A stretch of 64,000 nt of DNA, from assembly GCA_004764695.1 (NCBI GenBank), contig SMSO01000032.1, forward strand, positions 1,922,001 to 1,986,000, given 5' to 3'. This DNA is from Schizochytrium sp. TIO01 (lineage: Eukaryota > Protista > Bigyra: Labyrinthulomycetes). The notes under the pieces are model-generated. The model made no database searches and was not told the origin of the DNA. It saw only the letters and a program-made list of their open reading frames with translations. Every line of letters starts with the position of its first letter. Within the stretch, counting starts at the first letter, position 1. Both the position numbers and the translations under genes were made by a program. Shown piece after piece: positions 21,829-33,301 of the stretch.

Positions 21829-23178
21829 AGTTCTTGACTTTGATTGTAAGACCGATCTCTAAACAAATAAAAAGTATTCTTCAAAGCCTCTTTTCCGTAA
21901 TCCCCCGAGAGCTCCGGTGTGCTTTAGATCCAAGCTCCTTAGGGCTTTGAGAGGATTGTTCGCAGCTTCACGTCGAGAAGAAATGATATCTCTTGATTGA
22001 TCGTACAGAACAACTCGCCGGTTTTTTATGTCGCTCAGAGCACTCGCTCAGGCACTCGCGCCAGCAAGTCTCCCCTCCACGTAGCGAGACCCCCAAGGCT
22101 TCGTTTGTACAGGCCTACGTATATCAGACGCAACTGCCCGGATTTCCTGCCGCTGCTGCCTCTGAAGGCCCGCCAATTCTTCGTTTGCTCTTCTTAATCT
22201 CGCTTCTTCTGCTTTAAGCTTATGAACACAACAGTAGAAAGTTTCCCATATCTATCTCACAACTCATTTCTTTGAGAGCAGCATCTAAGCGAAACACTAC
22301 CAGTTAGTTAGCCCCCAACGCGTGAAGATCACGAGCACCATCAGGTCCCTTCTCGAAGCTGCTAAGCTTGGTATTGCTCCTGTGAATTGCTTTCACTAAT
22401 TCTACATACCTACCTACCTGCCTTCCACGATGACCATCGGTAATGCCAGCTTTAAGACAACCGTGATTCAATAACCCAGCCAAACTTAAAGACGTTGCAG
22501 TCTAGTACATCAATGCACAATTTGCACACTCTGGCAAACTCTCTAAGAGAAAAGCGACATGGAGTAGTAGTGATCTACTTGTTATCTTAGGACTCTAACT
22601 CCTACCAGTTACCGGTACTCGGTCACCTCTATTAAGCCTAGTAGAGGACGAATAAAAGACACGATTGCGTCCAGAACTACTGATAGGGTGGAACTGTAAT
22701 AAATGCTAAGCTATGAAATAAAATACGCATGAGGCGCTGGTAGTCACTGCTGTGATAAAAGTTATGTGAGGTCCTAGGTCGAAATTGCCAAAAGTGGAGA
22801 TAGGAGACAGCTACCTAAGCAGGGACAACTAGCAATGAATAAATTAAATCAACAATCGATCAATCTATTAATCATAACCAAAGCACGAAATCATCCTTTA
22901 CCTCCTTCATCGAGACGCCCGTGCACGAGTTAGTTGTAGTGATTTGGGTTCACTCGAAGGTCAGGACGCAAGACCCAGAGCCGCTTTTCAGGCTGAGGAG
23001 TCAGTGCCCTCCCTGGCTTCATCTGGGTATATTAGTTGCCACTTCTTACTGAGCTGGTGCCTTAGTTGGTACGGCCCTGCCCGAAAACCATATATCTTGA
23101 AGCAAAACCTCTCGACCGAGACATTGACTGGGTTTGCAGAGAGGTAGCAGTTCACGTCAGGGTTACATCAACAACACG

Positions 23179-24249
23179 ATGCTCGAAGGAAGGCTTTTGG
23201 AGTACTGGCCTTCGAAGCGGCTTGTGGCGTTTGAGAGTGGCGCTTGTGGCTCTTCTTCAGTAGTTATACTTCTCGGAGGACTTACAGATGGACTTGTGCC
23301 CACGCCATACACAAAAGTGCTAGATGAAAGGCTCAAGGAGGCTGGACATGCACTGGTACAGCCCATTCTGAGAACCTCATATTGCCAGTTTGGTACTGGC
23401 ACCTTGCAGCAGGATGCCGAGGATCTCACGCACCTGCTCTCATTTATTGGCGATGATCCAAACCGCACTGTAAATGGTCCCGTGCAGGTGGCCATGATCG
23501 GTCATTCCACAGGTTGCCAAATGATTTGCACCTTTACTCGAGATGCACCCGAGCATTTGCGTGCCATGGTGAAGGTGGTTGCGTTACAGGCTCCAGTGTC
23601 CGATCGTGAAGGCTTGGTGATGGAAATGGAGGATCATCACCTCAAGTCTATTTGTGAGGCCGCTCAGAAAGCTGTTGATGCAGGTGAGCCAAAGAAAATT
23701 GTTCATACACTCTGGGGCAGGGCACCTGTGATGGCCCGCAGGGTGCTTGACCTTTTTGTGAAGAATGGCTCTGATGATTTCTTTAGCTCCGACTTCACCG
23801 ATGCAGAGCTCGTTGCTAAGCTAGGCCACCTTGCTTCTTTCAAGACTCTTTTCGCAATCTCCTTAGATGATGAGTATGTACCTGATATGGTATACCCTGG
23901 CCTCGCACAGCGCTTTCAGGCGGCGGTACCAGGCAGTGAGCTTCTCGAGATTGAGAACGGTAATCACAGCTTGTCAATGCCAGATGATGGTGGTGAGCAA
24001 TTTGTGGAAGCATTTATTGAGCTTTTGCCGGAACCGTCTGGGCCAAAGGGTGGGGAAGGTGAGAATGAGAAGAAACTTGGCGAGAAGAAAGGTTCCTCTC
24101 GAGAGGAGTCAACACTTTCCGCATGGGCCCATTCTCTGGCTCGTACTTTGACCAGCGGTGGGTCACATGCTCCGTCTGTTGTCAGACCTGTAGAGGAGAA
24201 GAATTCCAGTGCTGCAATATCTTCGGATTTGCAGCTGGAGGAGGCCTGA
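23179..24249 (+). CDS. Alpha/beta hydrolase, DUF1749/UPF0613 (SidJ esterase-like) family
   Basis: 'GGLTDG' oxyanion motif, nucleophile elbow 'GHSTGCQ', 'LQAPVSDRE', 'DDFFSSD', 'DEYVP', 'NGNHSL'. First ATG is at 23179; the ORF track starts at an upstream TTG. Confidence 0.88.
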   Translation: MLEGRLLEYWPSKRLVAFESGACGSSSVVILLGGLTDGLVPTPYTKVLDERLKEAGHALVQPILRTSYCQFGTGTLQQDAEDLTHLLSFIGDDPNRTVNGPVQVAMIGHSTGCQMICTFTRDAPEHLRAMVKVVALQAPVSDREGLVMEMEDHHLKSICEAAQKAVDAGEPKKIVHTLWGRAPVMARRVLDLFVKNGSDDFFSSDFTDAELVAKLGHLASFKTLFAISLDDEYVPDMVYPGLAQRFQAAVPGSELLEIENGNHSLSMPDDGGEQFVEAFIELLPEPSGPKGGEGENEKKLGEKKGSSREESTLSAWAHSLARTLTSGGSHAPSVVRPVEEKNSSAAISSDLQLEEA

Positions 24250-25289
24250 ATGAAACAATACATCATTGGACAAGATTTTTGTTCACAAACTGAAATGATA
24301 CTTCCCAGACAAAAATATTGAGAAGAAATAAACACGCAACCTTATAAACAAGAAAACCTCACAATTTTAATTATTCTGTTCTTGCGTATTTCCTTTCCTT
24401 CTCTTTTACTTCAAGTCAACTGTAATGGTTTGATCTAAGATTGAAAAAGTAGAATAAAGATTGGGATTGTTAAGTGCTCGCGAGCCTTGACGTTTCCTCT
24501 TCCAAGCAAACTCGAAGAGAATTTCGGTATTTCGCAGGCTTCATTTTAAATATTGCTAGAAGCGAACCTTGATCGATAGCTGGGTACACCTACATCAAAG
24601 CTTTATTGATAAGTTGAACACGCTCTCAGACGACTACTGACTTTATCGTATGCAGAGATAACTTCCTATAGCATCTATTAGTGTCTAGTTATGTCACTTC
24701 TAAGAATATGAAATAAATAGAAACGATAGAAAAGAGAGGAGAATGATGCATGTAAATCGCTTTGGAGCTTAAGTGCGACGCCGGACCGCCAAGTTTTGAT
24801 CCAACGTGTGAAGCAAAACAAATTAAGGGCCTCCTCGAGCGCTTTTGCCTGCCTCTAGGGTGGCTGAAAGACTTAGGGCAATAGACGAAGCCTTCACAGC
24901 TTTCCAAGATGGTGCGCATGCGCGGAGCGAAGTCTCCGCCACCCAAAACTGGTGCTATGCGCCTCTTCACAGTGCCTACGAACAGGTGAGTTAGTGGTGG
25001 AATCCCTCAAATCATGTTAATATTTATCCCCGAGCTAGCTCCTAACAACGCTGTTGTGTTGCGATATTTGTGTTGGTCTGTCTGCCATAGAAAACTTGGG
25101 TTTCACTTCCATTTTTGGAGCTTAATAGGTGCACTGGTACCGCCTGCGCTCGTGTACCTGCTTGCAATCTCAGTTGAAGATAAGATGGAGTAAGTTCACA
25201 TTTGTACGATCGCATCTCTTGGATCATCTTTGTTTTTTAATTTATAAACAAAAGGAAAGCATATGGGCAATGCTCCTGGATACTGACAG

Positions 25290-25925
25290 ATTTCAAATAA
25301 TAACCATCACAGAAAAACTGGCGATGGGAAAAAGACGGAACAACGAGACCTCGTAGAATCATTAATAGAGCAGGACTTTGATTCTGTGTCCTCAAAGGTA
25401 GCAGATCAGGTGAAAGATCCTCAGGAACGTGCAAGCATTATTAATCAGTTGCTTGCGTCAAAGCTTGATGCATTGTCAAGTCAGCTTTCTGAAGTCGAGT
25501 CAAGGCTTGAAATCGCAGAGCGATATAATAGGATCTCGCCTCAAGCTGTAAAAGAAAAGTCTCTACGCATTTTTAACCTTGTGAATGGCATTTCACCAGC
25601 GCTAGATACTTCTTTATCCTCAAAGGCGACCGATGCCAAGACGAAAGCACCAGATTCTCCACCAAGTAGTGAAAATGCTACCTCATCTCATCGTGCGGAA
25701 CATCAGCAAGGACCAGCAAACAGCTATACAAATGACTCTGAGTCTATATCAGGGGATGTTGCATCACAAATTTCAACAGTTAGTTCAGGACCAGTTTCAT
25801 CTCCGCTTCAACCTACACCCGTACCGGCGGCAGCAAGTAAAAGTTCGCCCCAACAACAAGAATCGCCTAGTTCTATGTGGAGCTGGTTTGGTACATGGTC
25901 CTCCTGGGCTCCTTGGGGGCGCTAA
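25290..25925 (+). CDS. Terminal exon of a hypothetical spliced gene (short coiled coil, Ser/Pro-rich linker, Trp-rich C-terminus)
   Basis: Frame is open from an ACTGACAG acceptor near 25289 to the stop. Candidate upstream donors are GTGAGT (~24986) and GTAAGT (~25189); upstream exon structure is unresolved. Confidence 0.55.
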   Translation: MSNNNHHRKTGDGKKTEQRDLVESLIEQDFDSVSSKVADQVKDPQERASIINQLLASKLDALSSQLSEVESRLEIAERYNRISPQAVKEKSLRIFNLVNGISPALDTSLSSKATDAKTKAPDSPPSSENATSSHRAEHQQGPANSYTNDSESISGDVASQISTVSSGPVSSPLQPTPVPAAASKSSPQQQESPSSMWSWFGTWSSWAPWGR

Positions 25926-27985
25926 CTGACTATTCAAGCCTCAAAGTAGAGCCACATTGTTTTTTATTTTAAGATAGAAATTATTCACTCTCCAGGTAGT
26001 AGAACTTGGTGTCTCCAAAACTCGTTTTTTTCTGGACTATCCACTAGCAGATAGAGTTTTGAATTAAAACTTGAGAGAAGCACCAAAGTCCAAACGCAAA
26101 TCGAACGATTGTCACTCTCACTTGTCAAAGGCTACTCCTATCTATTGGGTAGAAACCCAAGTCAAAACAATCACTCACACTGGTCTTGAAGTACCCTAGG
26201 TACAGTTAATTTCGTACAACTTACCATCTGGTAAAAGCCCTTCTCACCAAAAACCTTGCTTACGCTAGGCAACGTGTGCAAAGCTCCTCAAGTCATCCTA
26301 AACAAAGCGAGTTTTATCAAATCCAAGTAAAAAAACAGTCAGACCATAGATAGATAGGAAGGTAGTGCCTACTATCATGTACCTACTAGGTAGGCGTGCC
26401 TATCTACGCGAGACCCATGTTGTTATAATTATAAAAGCTGATGATCTTTGATAATATTGGTACTGCTGGAATTACCCTCTAGACATCTCATGAACCTTAC
26501 GGTAAGAAGCACTCTTGAGTCACAATAGTGGTACATGATCAAGCAGAACAGCACACCTGCTAGCTCTCTTCTATGAACCTAACTAGATTGTATTGATCGA
26601 ATGCTTGCTCGCCTGTGCGATTCCAAGGTGCGCATTGCAGCCAGCCTGCATATCGAAAGGAGCGACAGACGTTCATGCCCCCCGCCCCCCAGATTTATTA
26701 CTTAACTCACTTCCAAAGGGGCATACAAGGAACTCTATCCACCTTGTACGGCTAATGGCAATTAAATTAACTTACAGAATAACCTACCTTTCACCATCGC
26801 AAGCTTGGTTTGCCTGAGTTATGAGGCCAGTTAAAGGGAGGTACACTATAAAACAATTCAACATGCAGCGCGTGCCGCAAAATGCTCTCTTTCACTCCCT
26901 CCCGCGCGCCATTCGACAACAGAAAAGCCTACCCGAGAGAGTAAAATAGCTTTTTCGGCGTTTGGCGTAGCAGTCATGCTATGTAGTTGAGTTGGCTTGC
27001 TAGCCACCTAGCCTGGTGCGTTTGCCACCACGAAAATCAACGCTGCCACCAACGAGCCAGCAACTTGTGATACGATGGGCCCGGTCGGCATCTTAAGTTT
27101 AATATTTTGTGTTAATTTTTAATTCTTACATCCTTAAAACTTGAAAGTTAAGTAAAAGTAAAACAAACAAAATTAAAAAAAAAAAGGTTCGCGAGCGCCT
27201 TCTTTACCAATAGTAAGTACGTTTTCATCACTTTAAATACTTGGGACTCTCCAACTTTGGAGGTATCTGTCGAACATGTTTTTGCTCGTCTGCCCGTGAT
27301 CGATGTAGAACTCCCAGCTTCGCTGCAGGTCTTATATCGCTGCATGATGTTGTTCATCAAAGTTTTAGCCAAACAAACAAAAGCAAGAAGCGTAACAAGC
27401 TTGAAACGGAGTAAGAGTTAAGATGGGCAATGTACTTTACTTAAAAGAGCACGGCAGTCACCAAACTCTGGAGACAGAATAAATGAAAAGTGATTGTCCT
27501 AGAGACCCGGATGTATATATCTACCTACGTAGCTAGTTCTCAGCCAAATCAAGAAAGTTGTAACGAATAAGCTGGCGTCGGGGTGACGATGATCGCATGC
27601 GAGTGGGAATGGTGTGTCCTGTGTTCTGGGCTCTCATCCTACCATTCTCGCTAGTTAGCTATAGATAAAGTGCGTCTTTTCACACAGATAGACCTTTTTG
27701 ACAGAAACAAATTGAACTTGAAGACAGATAAAGTGCATGAGATTCATTCAACTTGTAGGTATCGGTAGTAGTATTTACACGGAAATAGGCAGTTTAGAAG
27801 CCAATACGCACTTTCATCATACTTTCATCATTTAAATTATACTACCGTACTGTTTGTTACTTCCATTTCTTATACATAAATAGAGAGGGTTTCTTCATCT
27901 TTTAGTCGAATAACCTTATACTAAAAAAGTAGCGCGTGCAGAAAAAGTTTGGCGACGGTCTGCAGTTCCCGAATAGCTCAGCACC

Positions 27986-30900
27986 ATGGAGGGATTTAAG
28001 AAAGGTCAGCCCGTGTGGATCACGGGTACGGCAGAATGGGTCTGGGAGCGTAAGTTTCTTCACCATGGCCACTGGGTTGGTCTTCGACGGCTTTGGCGGG
28101 GTCAGGGCTTCGGGTAGCGAGGTTACTCCCAATCGCTCATTCACGTGCTCCTCTACTTTCCACTTGCTTTAACCACGCCTACTATAGTCTACAAGCTTGA
28201 TGCTGGGTGTGTACAAGGTCTCTTCTGTTCATCTGCGCTGGTCTCAAGGCAAGCGGATCAGAGCAAGGGTCATCGTTCAATCGACGATACTTTATCCGGT
28301 CGTTCTGGCCGAAACACGTGCAGAAAAGAACACATTGCCAGTAGTTGCGATTCTTTTAGTAGAGTTGGAAAGCAGGAAAGGCAGTCAAGTCATTTCGTAA
28401 GCACGATGTCCCAATCGCTGATACTAAGAAAACATGAAGCTCGATTTGCGGAGCGCCATTGCTAAGACTTCTCTGTGCGGACCCACTCCTCTCTATCATC
28501 ATGTGTGTGCGAAAAGCGGGCAAGTGTGGAGTTAGTTCGAGGCGAGCGTGGGTAGATAGATGGAGAGCCTTGACGAAAGTTGAATCAGATCGAGCGAGTG
28601 AATGTACGAGAGTTTGCTCTGCTGTTGACACGGTCGAGTGAACAGGGGATAGAATGAAAAAAGGAAAGAAGATGATGTGTACTGACAAGAAATCTTGCAT
28701 GCTAACAATATGGTGTGTACATGGCAACAACAACAGGAGGAGTCGTGGAGGTGGTGCATGATGACAAAGTCCTGGTCACCTCAGATAGTGGCAAGAAACT
28801 CTTGACGAATCTGGCGTACCCCGTCTGCCCCATTACGGAGAATGGCTTCGATGATATGACGAGTATGCCATTCATCAGTGAGCCCACCATCTTGTCTAAC
28901 TTGCATAGGCGCTCTAATATGAACCGTCCTTACACATTTATGGGACCTGTGCTTGTTGCAGTGAACCCGATTAAGCGAATTCAAGACCCTGCAGCTGTGG
29001 CTGGTGACCCGAAGATGATCTATCGGTCTCACCCATTTGCTGTCGCAGAAACAGCATATCAGCAACTTCGTTTTGGAATTGCTCAAAAACAACGATTTCT
29101 TCGACAAGGTGGAAAGCCCGAAGCCTTTGATGTACCAATTTCCCAGACTGTCGTTGTTGGTGGTGAATCGGGAGCTGGTAAGACTGAGTCTTCAAAAATG
29201 GTCCTGAACCATCTTGTGCAGCGTTGCGGTGGAGGAGAACTGGATAAACGACTTTTGGGTACCAATCCTATTTTGGAATCCTTCGGCAATGCTGCCACCT
29301 TGCGTAACGACAACTCCTCCCGTTTTGGTAAGCTCATGAAGCTTCACTTTGATGAAGACGGTACTAGCATTACGGGTGGCTCAGTGGGAACTTACCTTCT
29401 TGAGCGCAGTCGTGTCACCTCCCATGAGTACGGTGAGCGGGGTTATCACATCTTTTACCAGCTCCTAGCTGCATCTGCCAAGGACAAGACCCTTTCCTTG
29501 AACACCAGTATGATGACGAATGAAGCCCTTGGAATTTCACCTAAGAACGTTTATCGTTATCTTGCCGCAGGCACTGCTACCGAGCAGCACCTCGGCAACA
29601 TTACCGAGCTTCCAGAGCTGCGGCCAGATGATTTGACTGATTTTAAGGATTTGCGCAAGGCCTTCAGCGACATTGGCCTCTCAGATACTGGTATTGAAAT
29701 CATCTTCCGTTCAGCAGCAGCTGTTTTACATATGGGCAACGTCGACTTCAAGAATGAAGATCGCCCTGAAGGCTTTGTAGCTAGCGTAAGCTCAGCCGCC
29801 TCATCCAAAGATGCACTGAATCACACTATTCGTTTGCTTGGATTTGATGATGAAAGCGCGTTTGGTCGCCTCTTTTGCGAACGAACCATCCAATCTGGTA
29901 GCACTGCAGCTATTACAGTATTCAACGAGGCGCACCAAGCTCGTGACGCGTGTGATGCAGTGGCCCGTGCGCTTTACTCACGTCTCTTCAACTACATTTT
30001 GTACCAAATCAACATGAGTGTCCAAGGCACAACTAGTAATGACATCGACGAGTCTGCCGAGATAAATCCACGCCTTCGAGCTGTCATCGGCGTTCTCGAT
30101 ATCTTTGGCTTTGAATCCTTTGAGCACAACGACTTTGAACAATTGCTCATCAACTACACCAATGAGTCACTTCAGGCAACATTCAATGAACAAATTTTCC
30201 ATGCCGAAGCTGAGCTCTACCGTCGGGAGCAACTAGTCTTGGATAATGGTGACTCTATTAGTATTCCAAAGCGTAATACAGAGTGCATGGAACTTCTTGA
30301 GGGAGTGCGTCTGACCAAGCAGCCGGGCATTCTTCAAATTATTGATCAACAAGGCAAAATGCCAAATGCTAACGACAGCAAACTGAACGACAAGCTGCAT
30401 GAGATGTTTGGTGGCCGAGCAAACAAGGCTTTTGGCAAAGTTCATCCGAAGGACATTGACAGACAGTTCATTGTTCTGCATTATGCCGGCGCTGTGCGTT
30501 ACACTGTAGGCTCATTCTTGGCGAAGAATATGGATCAACTTCCGAAGGAAGTAAATGAGTATTTCGAAAACTCTGATGAGGACCTTATTGTACGTATCTG
30601 GAAGTCTACAAGTATTGAAGCCGCAGCAGAGGCTTCAAAGCGTCAAAGCAGCAGCCGTCGTAGCGTCTCGAAGCGCAATGGCCGGGTGCAAAACACCTCT
30701 ATCGTGTCTAAATTTCGTGGTCAGATTATTGAGCTCAAGGATTATCTCGATACGACGCGCTGCTCATTCATTCGCTGCATTAAGCCCAACCCATTTTTAG
30801 TGCGGCAAGACAGTACTTGGTTTAATCGTCGTTACGTGACAGGCCAACTCAAAGCTTTGTCCATCTTGCAGACTGCGGAAGTCCTTAAGAACGGATTTCC

Positions 30901-33301
30901 TACTCGCGTAGGTTACGAGGACTTGACAGATTCCTATGCCGAGATTCTCCCCGAACGCGCCCTGCATAAATGGCGAACCATTGGTGGTAACTCTGTGAAT
31001 TCTTTCGTGTCTGCACTATTTTGGGCCTTTGATATTCCCTCCGATGCATACAAGCTAGGCTTGACCAAGGTCTTTTTCAAGTCCGGAAAGCTTGCGGAAC
31101 TCGATGATATCTTGAATGCCGCTGCTAACTGGAGTCAAGGCAAGGGAGATGAAAAGGCAGACTTGATCTTCGAGCGCTTCGAACACTTTTTCACGCGCCG
31201 TCGCTGGCGTGTGATTTTTGCAAAACTCTTCGCTTTTCGCGTATTTAACGAGAAGCTCGGAAAGTCTCAAGAACGTGACTTTGCTGCCTCCAAGATCCAG
31301 CGCTGGTGGCACTCAAGTTTTGATCGCCGGATGTACTGGAGTGCAGTTATGCTGCAAAAGCACATGCGCAGATTTAAGGCTCAAAAGATGTTTCGTAAGC
31401 TCCAAAAAGACGCCGAGAAGGAGGCCGAGCGCAAGGCTCGCGAGCTTGCGGAGCAACTCGAACAAGAACGTCGTGAACATGAAGAAGCATGCCGGCGCGC
31501 CGAAGCAATCCGTCAGGAGCGCGAGCGAACTGAGCGCGAGGAGAAACTTCGCCAGAAAAAGGTTGCCGCTGCAGAGAAACGTCGTAAGGAAATGGAGAAG
31601 GTTGAAAAGCTGGCAGCACAAATGGCGGCTGAAATGAAGAAGAATCGCCCCATAATGGAGCGGAATCTGGCTAAACGTCTCCAACAGCTTGAGGATGATA
31701 GCGAAATCAATCCGCTGAGTGACGCATATCGTAATGGGCATCTGGAAGACGATGATGAGAAAGATGAAGCTGCTTCGGACCAGGAAAACAACAGTGAAGA
31801 TGATGATAACGCCGCATCCAAGCGCTCGAGCAGACGGAGCTCTGCTTCTGAATCGATCGGATCAAAGTCCACTAGGTCCCGTCTGTCATCAAGATTTTCT
31901 CGCCGGTCCAAGGTTCGTGAACGCACCCAAAGCCTCGGAATCAGTGACATCCATGCGCGTATGGAACGCTTAAAAAGGCGGCACGAGGAAGAACAGCGTA
32001 TGCTCGAAGAAGCCGAGGAGGATTATCAGGTGACTCGTCAGAGACTTGATGAGGAGGAGCAGAATGCAAAGCTTGAGGCAGAGGCACGTCAACGCGAAAT
32101 TCGTAGCATGGAGGATACACAAGCCAAGCTCCATCAGCAACTTCGCAAAGCCCGTGAACGTCGCGAAAGATTGCTCGCTCAGAAACGAGAAAATCTCGAG
32201 GAAGCTGAGGCATCGATGTCTGCAAATGATTTCATTTCCAACAACCCTCTTCATACTGCTCGTGGTCGCCGGTCTTCGCACAAGCAGCAGCGTGCAATGC
32301 AAATTGCGCTTCGAGTCCGTCAGCGCGCACAAAAGTCCCGCCGGGGCCCTGCTCGCAAGTCTTACCTGCACCCTCAAGGAGAGCCGAATTACCTTTTGAA
32401 GTCTGGTGCTGATGAGCTTGATGGCGAATCCGATGCTGAAAGCGAGGGAGACTACACATATGGACAGGCCGTTGTGGAGAAGCATGAAATTGAAAAGGTC
32501 TCCTACACTGCAACTGGCTGGAAGCTTCCTGTTCGTGCATCCGCGTTTTCTTTTGGTAGGTCATGGAGAAAACGCACGTTTACCTTTGATCCGTCTGAGC
32601 TGAGTATCAAATATTATGCGCCAGGCAAGCCTCACAAGATGAAGGATACCTTTATCTTGAATGGTAAGAACCATTCGAACCCTACTGTTGTAGAGTTGAA
32701 CCCTCAGGGGTATTCGGAGAGACATTATGTCATGATGATTAAGAATGGCTACCTCTACATTGACCACGACTCTGCAGATCCTGTGAAGCGTACGAGAACT
32801 CTCATTATGTCATTTGACTCGGAAACCCAATTTGAAAAATGGAAGGACCTGCTAGAAGACTTCATTCCTCAGAAGCGCACCACTCCGAGAGTAGACAAGG
32901 ACTTGAGTCTTGCGATGGGCCGAATGGTTTCTAGTAATAGCTTGGGTGACGGTCCACGTGACCGTCTTGGCAAATTGCATGGCAACATGACGCAGCAAGA
33001 GCTTGAGGAGCTCGAGGAGATGGAAAAACAAGTTCGTGATTACATGGGCACAGACACCATTTTGGAACGCGCTGGATTTTCCGAGGAGGAACGTGAGCGT
33101 CTTTTAGAAAACCAGCAAATAGTTAACAAGGATCACCGTGGCGAGGTGGTTCTTGATGACGCTGATGATGATGCCAGCATTGTAAATGATGGCTACAAGA
33201 CTGTCTTTTGTCACAACTGCAAGCAAAAGCAAACAGTGCACTTTGATGCGACAACTTGTCCCGGGTGCAATAGCTCCCTTCGTCGTGTCGGTGCAGTGTA
33301 A
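27986..33301 (+). CDS. Unconventional myosin heavy chain B (SH3-like, motor, IQ, charged helical rod, PH-like, C-terminal CxxC..CxxC); model join(27986..28049,28737..33301)
   Basis: GESGAGKTE, NDNSSRFGK, LDIFGFE, HYAGAVRY, FIRCIKPN, GLTKVFFK and IQ motifs (KIQRWW, LQKHMRRF). Exon 1 'MEGFKKGQPVWITGTAEWVWE' splices in phase 1 to 'RGVVEVV'. Confidence 0.94.
28050..28736 (+). other. Spliceosomal intron of myosin B (687 nt)
   Basis: GTAAGT donor, GCTAAC branch site at 28701, CAG acceptor; splicing restores the frame and the SH3-like N-terminus. Confidence 0.85.

Noticed and set aside
28188-28396. Possible cassette exon inside the myosin B intron
   Set aside because: Acceptor and donor phases do not match the flanking exons and the peptide has no recognisable features; it would need RNA-seq support.
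4139-33301. The two myosins as a recent tandem duplication
   Set aside because: Motor sequences, intron number and phase, and tails differ strongly, and five genes lie between them.
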